Below are positions 25,369-39,700 of a DNA stretch of 64,000 bases, in pieces. Below the pieces are notes generated by a model, which was given only the letters and a program-made list of their open reading frames with translations, was not told the DNA's origin and did no database searches. The stretch comes from Azolla caroliniana (taxonomy: Eukaryota > Plantae > Polypodiophyta): positions 15,314,001 through 15,378,000 of the forward strand of contig JBHGNT010000011.1 in NCBI GenBank assembly GCA_043228905.1. The letters are read 5' to 3'. The translations under genes and the position numbers were made by a program. Position 1 is the first letter of the stretch, and every line of letters starts with the position of its first letter.

Positions 25369-26838
25369 TTTAAAAATAAAATAATAAATATATCTTGTCA
25401 TTAGTGTAACCATTTTTACAAGATTTTAAATTCTATGTGATCGGTGGGGGAAGCAACCATTTCGGATGTTGAAAATGCCAATAAGGAGTATCACACTTGG
25501 TTGTCATGAATGGAGTACCTTTTCCATATAGTGATAAACTCATGCCGTTGAGCAATTTTAGCATCAGAATCTCCAACAATACTATCCCATTGTCCCTTCA
25601 AAGTATGAACTATGTCTAACCAAATATTTGAAACCAATTCAGCCGGTGGTTTTTTAAGCTGATGGAAAATGAGAGAGCACCTAAACTTCCAAATGTGATA
25701 TATAGTGGTACTACTCAGTATCTCCCATGCTGGTTGGACTTCCTTTCATGTTCCTGTAAACTGTAATGACAACAATGGTAATGTGTGAACACTTCCAGAT
25801 TTAGTGTAAAATCCATGGTCCATAGATTCAATGTCATAATGAAATGCATCACGGACAAGAGATGTCCAAACCACCATGCCCCAAGCAAAAACCAATGGGG
25901 GGAAATAGTTAGCAAAAATTCTAAGGAGACGTTGCCATATCAGTTGAAACTCGGTGCATTCCCATAGGCAATGTTTTTGAGTTTCCATTTGTAAATGACA
26001 TCGTGCACAAGTAGAATCTACTCCCATCCTATGTAGCCATGTGCCAACCGGCAAGGCTCAATGTACAAGTAACCACTGTACATGCAAAATTTGATGTGGT
26101 TGTTTTCTTACAACCCAGAAGTTTGCAAGGAATCGGGGAGTAATACCTTGTTGATTCCAATTTTGAAATGCAGCTGGTAACACATCTCGTGTATATGAAA
26201 GCACATGTCTTCCTAACTGTACAGAATATTGGAAGAAATTAAACTTGTTACCCGTAAAAAGATCTGTCCACTGATAATCAATTGGATCCCATTCTAATCT
26301 GAATTCCGGTTTTTTAGCCAACACCCACAACTTCCAATGTGTCTTTATTTCCTCAATCATTGGGTCAATATACCATTTAAGGTCAACATATATTGTGTTC
26401 CATACCATAAGGGTAATCTATCCTCATTTCCCCTAACTGTGTCAATTGGTTTGCTTCATCCACCTCAAAAGATCGGTAGGTCTTATCATCTGAATATCCC
26501 TTAACAACCAAGAGTACTTCCAATCTTGAATAAACCCCAACCCATCTGTGGTTGAAGTTATTGGGTGGAATGGGGAATCTACTCATAGCTTCTTGAATTT
26601 GTTGATACATTATTTGGTCACCATGCATACTACCTAGGATTTCTTTTTGCTCTTCCCATAAACGTGATAAAAAACGTTGCCATGTCTGAACTGTTTTTGC
26701 AAGACCTTTAGTCATTTTTCCCCACGATAACCATTGTCTAGAACCCAACACTAAACCATCTGATGTTGTAAACAATGGATTCTAGACTATCCTTTGTCTG
26801 AGATACTCAAGATAATGTTTGTGTTTAGGTTTATTGCG
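25369..26838 (-). mobile_element. 5'-truncated, degenerate LINE (L1-like), zf-RVT region of ORF2
   Basis: ORF fragments with LPVGTWL...CARCHLQMETQKHCLWEC (zf-RVT), interrupted by stops. Candidate 8-bp TSD AAGCCCTT at 25361-25368 and 26839-26846, next to a short A tail on the minus strand. Confidence 0.82.
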
Positions 26839-27590
26839 AAGCCCTTATTTATCTTACCACCATTGAATGTTTTGTTAAATAGAACGTATTAAATATCATA
26901 GAAGCATGTTTAACTCCTTTTACTTGGAAACTCGAGAATGTACGAATAATCCTTCCCGATTAGTTTGTGTTTTGTTTATGTACACATAATCCAACACATT
27001 ATCCCATGTGTAAATTACCCATTTAGTTTGCCCATATCTCTCAATTTGAGGACTTCAACTAAAATAAGTGAACGGATTGTATGCAACTGCTTAATACCAA
27101 CTACCAAAGTATTTTCCTATTGGAAAAAAACTCCTCATAACCAAGACTACTTCAACTGCTTTATGACATCATAATTGTACTTTTAGTGGTTATAATTTTA
27201 CTTGCCCATGACCTCCAACTAGAGTTGTGAACTTTATAGATCGGTGGTTAACCAACAATAAAATCCATACAGGTACTTTTCGATTTTGCACGAGATATAA
27301 TCAATATTACATGTAACAACCTACCCACATTTAGGCATTCACTTCATTGCTATAACAATTTATATGTTTGAGTGTTGCCCATAAACATACACGTAAGCAC
27401 ATCCAATAAACTAGATGGCTAAAAGAGACATACATCCCTTACATATCATAGTATGCATTAGAGGACTATCGTGATACTCTTTAAGGGTATACCAAGTTTT
27501 GAGCACAATCCAATGGATTATGAAGTAAAACCCCATTAACTACACCAAAATCTTCTTTTGTATTAGTTTGTGAAGATCTAAGTAGTACCT

Positions 27591-28057
27591 TGTGTCACAT
27601 GTGGATTCACAAAACTTCATGTCTTCGAAGCAAGGAGTTGTAATACAACTTTTCATAGGCAGGGCCATAGTCTCACTTCTCATGTAAACCTTCTAGAAAT
27701 TTGCTCTTCAAATTTGTGGTCAACACTTAAAAGAGAGTTGATTTATGTGTCACATGTGGATTCACAAAACTTCATGTCTTCGAAGCAAGGAGTTGTAATA
27801 CAACTTTTCATAGGCAGGGCCATAGTCTCACTTCTCATGTAAACCTTCTAGAAATTTGCTCTTCAAATTTGTGGTCAACACTTAAAAGAGAGTTGATTTA
27901 TGTGTCACATGTGGATTCACAAAACTTCATGTCTTCGAAGCAAGGAGTTGTAATACAACTTTTCATAGGCAGGGCCATAGTCTCACTTCTCATGTAAACC
28001 TTCTAGAAATTTGCTCTTCAAATTTGTGGTCAACACTTAAAAGAGAGTTGATTTATG
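27591..28057. repeat. Tandem repeat, 155-bp unit x3, copies apparently identical
   Basis: TGTGTCACATGTGGATTCAC starts at 27591, 27746 and 27901. Confidence 0.95.
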
Positions 28058-30610
28058 GAAACAACTAACATCATCCACAACGACATTATATCGGTCTTTA
28101 CAACAATGTACGTAGAATCAATAAGGATATATGCCCATGTGATAATCTCACGAGAAAATAAATAATGGCACGAGTGCCTAGAAGAATGCACCATAGCAAA
28201 TCAATATTCGTACTCTAGAATGTAGCAATAATATTGGGCCTCATCAAACTTTTTACTCTAGAATGCAATTAGTATCCCATATTCAGTAAAATGGCATTTA
28301 TTGCAAAAGGACTTTCACATTGTTTCCTGTTGTAATGATTGTTATTTAAGTACAACAAACTTTTTTGTCACCAAATATATTTGTCATTTTATGACTACTT
28401 TGCCTTTACTATGATATTTTCAACATAATGGATAAATTTGTGATAATATCCAACAAGACCTAGAAAAATTGCAACTCAAATTATTGCCCTAAAATTCATT
28501 TGAAGATAACTTTGACCAAAACGAGGTTTAACTTGATGCCCTCAGTAGCTACGTTAGTCTTGAAATATGGAAATTGTGCATTAAAAAGTCACACTTAGAA
28601 GCCGTCATACGCTTAACGGATCAAGGACTCCCTAGTATGTTATTCTTTTGTTTTACTATACTCAAGTATACCGTCCAAGAAAACCACCACCAATCTCTCG
28701 AGAGACAATCTAAACATGCAATTGTGGCCATTATAAACGGAGCATAAGTGTGATTGGAGCATTTGATAACCCAAATGGGCAAGAAGAAAAGTTTGTAATG
28801 GTCGAAATGAGTACACAAAATAAATTTTTAGCACACGATTATCCATGCTAACTCGGAAACACTCATGAATCATTTGTTGAAAATTTATGACATAATTATA
28901 GAATTTCAAGATTACATGTAATTAGTGATGATGGCACACCCATTGCCTCCCTTGTGAGTTACCATTCTCTAGTACCGATTCTTAAGTAGCCAATGATCAT
29001 GGGAAATTGTGTGTTGCTCCGTCATTTAGAAAAATATATGAACACGATGTTTATTATTGGTATCACATACATTTAGAACAATATCATGTGACCACGAGAA
29101 TGGTTACCACATGTTGACAACAATATTGAAAACATGCAACTATTTGCAATGGCAAAATCCAGTTGTGAAACTTGGGTTATTCTAAAGATAGAAGTACCAT
29201 GTCATGTATCCTTCCCACAAACTCCTAAAATTTGTTAGTTGAATCCCAAGTATTCAAGTTTAACCACGTTATGTTGAGCTTGGTTAGAGAGCACAATTTT
29301 TATATTTCCCCTTAGGAATGAGAAAGCTCGTGTCCTGCACAAAAACTAGTATTGCGACAAAGAATAATTATAATAATGGAGTACATTTGATTGTGCCATC
29401 AAAAGTTTTCAGAGATAGTCTAGACGTTAAATTGAGCTTGATTAAATCCTTATATAAAACCTAATATTGTTGTCATCCAAATCATCAAATTTGATGATGA
29501 ACTCTCAACACATTGATTTGCAAGGATACCAAAAACACAATATTAGTGAAGCTCATTTTCCATGAGAAACTCCTACAAAAGGTCCTTGACTTAAGCAACA
29601 ACAATGCTCAACAAGTTGGTTGACTATCACTCATTCGCCACTTTTGAACTTTTCCCTTGAGCAATGGATTTGCTTGTGCAACAATGACATATATTGGGTG
29701 TACAATACAAAGGTATACAATAAATTGCCACTGTGAAAGAAACATGTGAACAACCATCTACCCCAATTACGCATGCCTTACCATTCTTCATAAGAGCATC
29801 CATCTCCATCACATCCACAAATGCATCAAGGCCAATTCTCTAGTCGCATTTGAATCCTTATTTTTGGAACTTCCTTGTTTTTCCTACAAACGTCAATTGC
29901 TTGAAAGATCTCTCAAAAGTTGTGTGGAAGACTCATCACTGAGTCACATCGGAAGTCATACTAATCATTCATACATATTACCTTTCTGACTCATTGTCCC
30001 ATTGATTCGATATCGTGGCATCGTAACCTTTCTTATGTCAACCCTTCCTTCTCCTACACACAATATGATTATTTAAACACGAATCACCTATCGGGTTTCA
30101 AGATGGCTACCAAACAACATGGCTCATTGACAATCCATCAAAATAAGAGAGGGAGCAAGGGGCTTACTCGAAGATTCCAAGGATTAATTTTAAAAGTCAA
30201 CACATATACTTCTGCGTACAACGAGAAAATGTGGTGGCATTTGTTGAGTAAGTCAACTCTAACTCGTCTTGCTATAGTCGAGAACATGCTACATTTGAGT
30301 GACGTGGATCTATAAACTTGGGGGGGGGGGGGGGAGGCAGGGCGAGGGTTGTTTTGGCCCACCCTCATGGACATCAAGAGCATGCTACACATATGAATGA
30401 TCCGGATCTAGCGGGGTAGGATGGAGGGTCTTTCGGCACACTTCATGGACATTCGGACTCTCATGCATACATGACCAACGAGATGGATATGTGTGTATTG
30501 TCTTACGGGGCCTTTGGGGGCCATAAACATGATATATTTCTACATATCCAGAGTGACAGAGGACAGATCCACCACGTCAAAACCATGCATGGCCCCCTAG
30601 GACCATCTCT

Positions 30611-30785
30611 CTCTCTCTCTCAACAATTTGCTTATTTCCTAGAATACCCTTCTTGTGAGGTTTTCTCTATTTCCCCAAATGCCCCCTTCCCCCCCCCCCC
30701 CCAACAATCGACTCTCTCTCAACAATTTATTTATTTCCTAAAATACCCTTTTGGTGTGATTTTCTCTATTTCCCCAAATGCCCCT
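30611..30785. repeat. Tandem duplication (about 100 bp x2) upstream of the UBC gene
   Basis: CTCTCTCAACAATTT...TTTTCTCTATTTCCCCAAATGCCCC occurs twice, separated by a poly-C. Confidence 0.8.
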
Positions 30786-31003
30786 TTATGTTTTTGTATG
30801 TATTATAATAAGCCTGTATGTATGTACATATGTATGTATATATTTAAATGCGCCATGGCTTCTTCGCCTTCGCGATCCTTCCTTCTTCAAGACAGAAAGA
30901 AGAAAGAGACTAGAATAGAGGAAATCATATATAAATTAGAAGGAAGTAAACAGAAGAAAGGATTAGGGTTAGAAGGAAGAAAACAGAGGAAAAGGAAGAA
31001 GAT

Positions 31004-33899
31004 ATGTCTGCAAACCCTTTGCTCACTTCTCGTATCCACAAGGTGAAATTTGAATCCTCAATCTCAATAACAAATGACCCGTCCTGCCGTTCCATTTGCT
31101 CTACAGTTTCATAGAAGGGATCATTCTCGCAAGAAAATTAGATTGCAATTTTTGTTCTTTTATGCTCTATATCTCTCTCCAAATAGAAAAGCTTTTCTTC
31201 TCTCTGAAAATGAGACCTTTCTTATGTCAATATGCGTTCATCGATCTTAAGGGAATTTTCTACTGACAAAGTGTTATATTTCTATCTAATTAGTAAAGCT
31301 TTCCTGTAAAAAATGGATTCGCAAGTCTATTCTCTATCCGATTAAAACTCTTCCTTTTCCTTTCTGGCAGGAAACTTGGGAGCTTCTGAACAAACCAGGT
31401 ATTTAAAGATTTATTCATTCCTTTAATTTGTTCATAATTTCGTTTTCCCTTATCGCGAAATTTAAGTTTCTAACATTGGTAACGAATTCTTGAATGAATA
31501 ATTGATTTTAACTCTTATTTTGTGTGTGAAATCTAAGCTCTTACAATAGCTTTCTATACTCTCATGCTCTCATTTCTTTAGTGGAGAAACACTAGCAAAC
31601 TATTTCCACCCATCATTTACATTTTGTTAAGTTCTTACTCTACTCATGAATGATAGAAAAACTTTTGCTGTGATTTCACATTTGCATTTTCTTCAGTTCT
31701 TATGATATTTCTGATCCTTCTTCTTAGGTCAATCAGTTCCTTGTTGCTTACAACAGGTTGTTTTGAAATTTATCTCAGGCCATTCAAATCATAGTCAAAA
31801 GTTGTGGGGAATGGCAATCTGTCATCACAATGTTTGCACTTTGTTTTCCGACAGATCTTTCAGATCCTATCCAGTACTTTTGAATGCTATCCATACATCA
31901 TCCAAAAAATGCATTCTATTGAAGTCCATACAATAAGTTTTTTTTATTGTATTTTCTTTCTCTTGGATCTTTTGCGTCTTGGTGAGAACATGTGAATATT
32001 AGCTATATGTCTCGTTGCATTAAGTTCATACAATAGATGTTCATGGTGGAACTTGTGAATACTAGCCATATTTCTCATTGCACCAACTTCTTACAACAGT
32101 TTTATGTATATATACATATATGTATTTTCTTGGATCTTTTCAGAACCTGGTATCAGTGGTTCTCCTTCAGAGGAAAACGTGCGCTACTTTAATGTCATGA
32201 TTATGGGACCCGCGCAATCCCCTTATGAAGGTATACTCCACATCCTTCTTTCTTTCTTTCCGGATAGCTGTCTTTTGAAAATCGTCTTTTCATTTTTAAC
32301 TTGAAGGCAGAAAAAATCCAGCAATTTTGAGATCGACCACATTTTCCTTCTAGTAATTTTCAATTTAATAAATGAATATATTTTTAACTCAATGCCATTC
32401 ATGGGTTGCAATCTAATTCATGGCAAAATCGATAATGATAAATGATACATTACCTTTTAAAGTCAAAGTCAAAGTCGATCTAGAAGCTTCTCGTAGGAAA
32501 GTCAAAGTTATGGCAAGAAAAATATCTCAGAGACATCTAGTGAGGTACAAGACAATCCGAAGTATCAATGACAAATCAATTGCATGAACATTCTAAGGAA
32601 CTCCAAAGGTCCAAACCTAACATTCCATTTTTCATTTAAAATTATTCCAGAAAGTTCTGTATAAGTTAGCTGGGACATTATTCTAGAAACCCGTTGAAAA
32701 GTAAATGTAACTTAAAAGCTTCTGAAAAGTCAATGGGAGATTAGAAATTTTAATTGATCCTTTATGCGTGCTATAAAACCGAATTCTGAGGATCCAGAAA
32801 CTAGAGATTTTTTCCCATGATATATTATATATCTCATGCACAAGCAAAATGTTGAAAATTCTAGTAATTATTTTTTGGAATTACTTTATTATCTCACACA
32901 TAGGCATTTATGTTTAATCTAGGTGGTGTGTTTAAATTGGAACTTTTTCTACCAGAGGAGTATCCAATGGTTGCGCCCAAGGTGAGATGTTTAAGATAGC
33001 CTTTTTGGTTGGCTAAAATTTTCATTTGAGAATCATGTTTAGTGTCAAGAGAAGCAGTTGTCTAGGACATGTAGGTTCATCATCATATATGTAGAATCTC
33101 ACAATTATATATATAGATAGCCATTTAGATAAAATTACTGGCTGTCTCATATGTGTGGTTGATCTTATTCTTTATTATTGTCAACTGCAATTCTTTTGTG
33201 ATAGTTGCATTTTGGGGTAAACGCTAGCTCTATTGTTTATGTGAATAATTTGATTAACCAATAAATAGTCCATGACTTCTATAAGATTCACTTTAATGCA
33301 AGTTTTGGTCTCAGAGATAATTTTGGCATTTTGAAGTTTTTAATATTACAATACTTCATTTCTCATAAAGAATTGGAAAATTTTCAGGTTCGTTTTTTGA
33401 CAAAGATTTATCATCCCAACATTGACAAGGTAAGTTCTAAACCCAAAGTTGTGTAAATAATGTCTTTCATTGTCAAATATATCACATCTTTTTATGGTTG
33501 CTTTTGTTTTTGCAGTTGGGGCGCATATGCCTAGACATTTTGAAGGACAAATGGAGCCCAGCATTGCGGATTGCGACACTTTTACTTAGGTTTGCTTATT
33601 CATGTTCAATGGTTATCTCATGGAAAATTGGGTTTTGACTGCCATTTTTTACTTATATCTGAATTTCTTGCTAGCATTCAAGCATTATTGAGTGCTCCCA
33701 ATCCGGATGACCCACTCTCTGAAGATATTGCAAAACATTGGAAGAGTAATGAGAGTGATGCAACTGTAACAGGTAAAGAGGGTTTTTCATAGTGCAAACA
33801 AGATCTCACATATGATTAATTGACATGGCACTTACTATGTCGGGCACTTTATGAAATACAGCAAAAGCGTGGACACAGTTGTATGCAAATGAGGATTGA
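31004..33899 (+). CDS. UBC13: Ubiquitin-conjugating enzyme E2 of the UBC13 (UBC35/36) type; 8 exons (31004-31042, 31371-31398, 32144-32230, 32923-32981, 33388-33429, 33516-33589, 33675-33772, 33862-33899), 154 aa
   Basis: Spliced product contains [51 protein letters not shown] and [15 protein letters not shown]. All introns are GT-AG; total 465 nt. Confidence 0.95.
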
Positions 33900-36775
33900 T
33901 TGATCAGAATGGCTCTTTGTATACAAATGTAAGTATGAGCTATGCTTAAAATGACCTATTTTAAAATAAGAACTCATGATTGATTGGACTAACTATTTAT
34001 GGAAATGTAAAATACTAACAACTCTTGAATGTCCTATTCGAGAAAAGAACATGTGATTAATTGGATTGCTCTTATGTATAGAAACATAAGTATTAAGAAC
34101 CGTAAAAGAAATGCCCTACACAGAAAAATATTACAATTAATGAAACTCCTTAATATGCAATGTTTTGATGTTTATGAGTGTAGTCTTAGTTATTGCTTCT
34201 TTTTCTTAATCTGTGTGCTAGTGGAAGTGGGTAATCACGATCCTGTTGGCAAACATGATTCTGGAAAATGAAAACAAAACAAAACAAAGCAAAACAAAAC
34301 AAAACATAATGAATGTGGTGTCACGAGGAATTTATTGTGGTTCAGTAATTTCCCTACGTTTTTTGAGATACACAAAGATAATTACAAGCGGTGAACCATT
34401 GCATGTTATGAAAATGCAATAGACACTTGCTTAACATGTAATAGCATGCAAGGATTCATCACCTCTATCATAAACATTTGACTTAACTGAAGCTGTGTTA
34501 GTTGTATTAACTAACAATCTCCACCTTGGCTTAAGATTATGCCTTATCCAAGAGTGATTCACAATAAATTCAATAGCAAGTAGTGGTGCTCTTCACTGAT
34601 TCTCAATATAAAGTGATTGGCAATAATAAGCAATGTTTTTTGTGGAAATGTAAACCCTTTTCTCGGGGAGCAGTGTTTGCACCTGTTCTCAATATAAGGT
34701 GATTCACAATAAGTTCAAGCAATGCTTGAAATTTCAAATTGGCCTTGTCATTCTATCAACTGCGGACCTTTAACAAACAAATTTCTTGGTGCCATACACC
34801 CAATTGTGCACATTCGGTATAATATGGCATTTGCATAAGACACTCAAACCATGTATTCCACCTCATCTTTGGCTGTTGGCAAAGTTCTAAAGGCAAACAA
34901 AAATGTGAAGCTAATTAATGCAATCTTTACAAGTTTAGCTTGAGCGTACTAACCCTCTCTAGAGCTTTCTTCACATAGTTTTGTTTAGTGAGAACAACTT
35001 GATATTTTCTCTATCTGTTTAAATCTCAACACCAAAGATATTTTTAGTGGTTCAAGATTATTCATCTTGTACTCACCATTCTAACCTGCTCTTTAACTTT
35101 AGAGGTGTGAGGGTTGCTCTTCACAGCAATCAACATGCCATCAACATAAAGAGTGAAATAAATGAAAGATTCATCATTCAATCTTCTAGGATAAATGCAA
35201 CATCATACACACAAAATACCATAGTAAACATGTCAAAATGCTTGAGCCATTGCCAGGGCGATTGTTTCAAGGTGCACAATGATTTCTTCCGCCTACATAC
35301 TAGCCCTTTCTGAGGCTCTTTGAATCCCTCTAGTATTGATCTAATTTTCCATGTACCCCTTGCTCACATCTAATTGTTTGAACTCCAGTTTATTTGCTGC
35401 TACAGTCGACAATATTAATCTTCTTTCTGACAATATTCTTTGCCTAATGAGGATTTAAACTTCTGTTGCTTATATTCTGTGATAGCTTTTTTTTTTCCCA
35501 GTTAAGCCATTTACATACAACCATCTTTTTTTTCCTTGGGCAAAATCACCTATTTCCAAGTTTGATTCTTCCGCAATAATTCCATGTCTTTTGCGATTGC
35601 TGTTGATCACGTTTAGTGCCCGAGTGATCAATCTCTTCAAAACGGGACAGACTTTCTTCATCAATGAATAGAGAGAAAGCAATGATGTTGCAATATCTCA
35701 AAGATGCTCTGATAATACATCTCATCATATCTGTCTTTCTCTTCTGATGCCAAATGAGTAAGGCTTTTCTTCGTCCTGTGTTGGACCTGTTGGTAGAGTT
35801 CACATCTTTTTGAACTCCACCTGAGTGGTTGGGCTTCATTGCATGATCCTCATAACAGTTTGGTTATTAACTTCTTCTGCAACATGTTGGTTTCATTGTG
35901 TACACCATTGATAATGATGACATCCTTCGTCGATTCTGATTCGGCAACTCTCTTAGTGTTGGTGCACTTTTCACCCTCTCATATCTAGGTACATCCTCAT
36001 ATGTGCCATTCTTCATATTCTTGTTTCTGCCATTCCTCTTTGCAATTCCCTCTCGTTCATGAGTTTGAGGTTTGATTAGTACTAATACTAAGAAGGATCT
36101 GTCATCCAGGTTTTAGTAGTGTGAATATATGCATACTGACTTCTTAATTAAGCATAACAGATATGATGCATATTCCTCTGCAGGGGACATCAGGTCCACA
36201 AGATCTGGTTCTCAATCTGTGTCATTTTCTTTTAGTTTTGGTTTTGTATGCTCGGGGGGTTAAAATTTAATGATCTTGTTGATGTATGTTATAAACTTCC
36301 AGAAAAGAAACTCTTATAAGTAAGGTTATCACTTTCCTCTCTCTTTATCCATTCTTTCGGAGAAACTGAGCATTTTCCTTGACCTGATAAATAGTGTTTA
36401 TGTTGATTCTCTTTCAGATGCCGAGTGATATCTTTATTCTTGCAGAATTCTAGACAGTTTTTTTTGTTCCATCCATCATCACTTTTTTGTACTTCAATTT
36501 TCTGGTTGTCTGGTTTTCAATCTCAGCCTTTTATTTGTTTGGAAATGTTGCAGTTTTGTTCACCCAAACCTTCTTAGAGCGATCATGTCAGCAAATCAGA
36601 TAAAATAAATAGAACTTCTATGTTGGAGAGAGTTCCCACACATCAGTATGGACATAATCAAGAAGATCTTTGCTGATGCTGGTCAAAGTGCCAGAACTTA
36701 CTGTTTTCTGCTCTCCTATAATGCAAAATTTGGAGAACTCCAATTTGCATCCTGTCTCTCCTTTTGGCAGGTGCT

Positions 36776-39700
36776 TATTGAAAAATGAGAAAACACCCTT
36801 ATTCTCAAGAATATACATATATGTCACAACCGGAGAAAGGAAACACACAGATCACTTTTTACATGAGAGGAAGGTTCCTCTTAAAGGCCAAGATCTGGCC
36901 GTTGGGGTTGGCTAGCTGGTTGGCTATAACTTTAATCATTCTCAACACTCCCCCTTAAGATGGGTGAAAGAAATCCACTAAGCCCATCTTGTCACACAAT
37001 CTAGAAAGACTTACTGGCCCAAGTCGTTTCATAAGACAATCTGCTACTTGATCTTCAGTAGAAACATGACTCAATTTTAATATTCCACTATCAATCTTCT
37101 CCTTGGTAAAGATTCTGTCGATTTCAATGTGCTTGGTCCTATAATGCTGTACCGTGTTGGCAATGCTGATTGCTGACTTATTGTCACACCACAACTTCAT
37201 CTGATTTTCTTGATTCATCTTTAGTTCTACTAGGAGAGTTCTCAGTCACAACATCTCCGCAACTCCGCTGTTGAGTTGCTACTACCGACTGTTTCTTACT
37301 CTTCCAAGATACCAGATTGCCCCCAACATACATGCAGTATCCTGATGTGGATTTCCTATCATCAGCACAAATAGCCCAATCGGAATCACAATAGCCCTCA
37401 ATGTCAAAATGACTATGTTTTCTAAAGATCAATCCCTTCCTTGGGGCACCTTTGAGATATCTTAGAATCTGGTACACTGCATCCATATGATCTTTCCTCG
37501 GATCATGCATGTTGCGACTTACCACACTTACTGCAAATGAAATATCTGGACAAGTGTGAGTCAAATAAATCAGCCGACCTACCAATCTTTGATACCTTTC
37601 ACGATCAACTTTCTCTCCTGCAAGTTCAATTATCTTAATCTACAGGCCTACAACCCAACATTCCAGTTTCTGTAAGAAGATCTAATACATATTTTCGCTG
37701 AGATAGAACAACTTCTGCGCCACGAGCTACCTCAATTCCAAGAAAGTATCGTAGCAACCCTAGATTTTTCACCTCAAACTCTTTACCTAGTTGTACCTTC
37801 AGTTGGGCAATTTCTCCTTCATTGTTATTTGTGATAATTATATCATCCACATACACAGCAAGTAATGTAGTATGCTCCTTTTGTTGTCGGAAAAACACAG
37901 TATGGTCCGCATTGATCTGCTGGTAGCCCATACCCACCATAGCCCTTCTTAACTTGTCGAACCAGGCTCAAGGAGATTGCTTCAGTCCATAAAGCGACTT
38001 CCTTAGTTTGCACACCTTGCCTACTGTTTGAATTGTACCAAAACCTGGGGGGATATCCATGTACACTTCGTCCATCAACTCTCCATGAAGGAATGCATTT
38101 TTTACATCTAATTGATGGAATTTCCAATCCTTATTTATTGTCAAGGAAATAAGCGTTCTAACAGTGCTCATCTTCACTACAGGTGCAAAAGTCTCATCAT
38201 AATCAATGCCATATGTCTGACTATATCCCTTAGCCACTAATCATGCCTTGTAACGATCGATTTTGCCCTTTGGGGTTTGTTTAATTGTAAATACCCATTT
38301 GCACCCAACCGACTTCTTTCTTGGTGGTAGTGATACAATCTCCCAAGTTTTGTTCTTCTCAAGAGCCCCAAGTTCTTCTTGCATAGCTGCTTTCCACTTT
38401 GGATCTTCTTTAGCAATCTGCCAACACTTGGGTAAAGTGACAAAGTCTAATGATGCAATGATCTGTGTAGCTGATATGTTAGAATAAGAGATAAACTGAG
38501 CAATATCATGAGGAAAACCATAAAGATCAGGAGGGACTCCTGCATTACTGCGAGAGGTCCTCCTAATCACTAAAGGAGAAGGAGAGGAAATCATATCACC
38601 TGTGATTTCTGGGTTTGGGAGTTCTATAGGTATTTCAGAAGTCGAGGCAAGTGGGGACATGGGACTTGATGGCACAAGTAACATTGTAGACGTTCATATT
38701 TCCTTCCTTTTGCCTCTTCCTTCGGGTATACACCTTTAGCTCACCCGCAGATTGAGTCCCAACACATACAGGTTCCTCGTCTTCTTTTCCTTCGTCCTCA
38801 TCTCCTACGCTCACTTGTTTCTCAGCTGGTGTAGGGATCAACAAAGGAATTGATCCTATTTTTAGCAACATCTCACCATTATCTCCTTCCCTCATATTTT
38901 CAGTCTCAACTAAGTCATCAAAGGGTGAAGTTACCTCTTGTTTATAATATGGCTCCCGCTCTCGGAAATGCACATCCATGCTCACAAATAAACTCTTCTC
39001 CACTGAACTCCAACAAACATACCCCTTTTGTGTGGCAGAGTATCCTAGAAATGCACATTTCACAGCTCTAGGATCAAGCTTTCCTACAGATGTTCTACTG
39101 TCCTTTACAAAACACACACATCCAAACACCTTCAAAGGAAGGATCCCAGAGTTATCTTCTTGCAACAACTCACAGGGAGACTTCCACCCCAATACTCTTG
39201 GGGGCATTCTATTGATCAATGCAGCAGCCATCAAAACTGCCCGTCCCCATAGCTGCTTTGGGACATTCATAGAAATCATCATGCTTCTTGTTAACTCTAG
39301 AAGATGTCTGTTCTTCCTCTTTGCTGCTCCATTTTGTGCCGGTGTATATGGGCATGTCGTTTGATGTTGTATTCCTTGATCTGACAGGTATGCCCTAAAC
39401 GTAATGTTAGCATACTCTGTTCCATTATCAGATCTCAACACCTTTACTACTGCACCATATTGAGTTTGAGCAGCTCTATGAAAATCTTTAAAGCAAGTGA
39501 ATACTTTATTCTTATTTTTCATCAAATATAACCAAGTAACACGAGAGAAGCAGTCAATGAAAGAGACAAAATATCTATATCCATTAATAGAACTTGTGGA
39601 ACATGGTCCCCAAACATCAGAGTGTATAACATCAAATGCATGGGGACTCCTATGACGTGAACTAACATATGAGCTTTTAGTAAGCTTACCAAATTCACAT

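Noticed and set aside
27591-28057. CRISPR-like regularity of the 155-bp and 118-bp arrays
   Set aside because: Whole units repeat with no unique spacers, there are no cas genes, and the context is eukaryotic.
30471-31046. 191-aa ORF upstream of and overlapping the UBC13 start
   Set aside because: Runs through duplicated low-complexity promoter/UTR sequence in a different frame from the UBC13 ATG.
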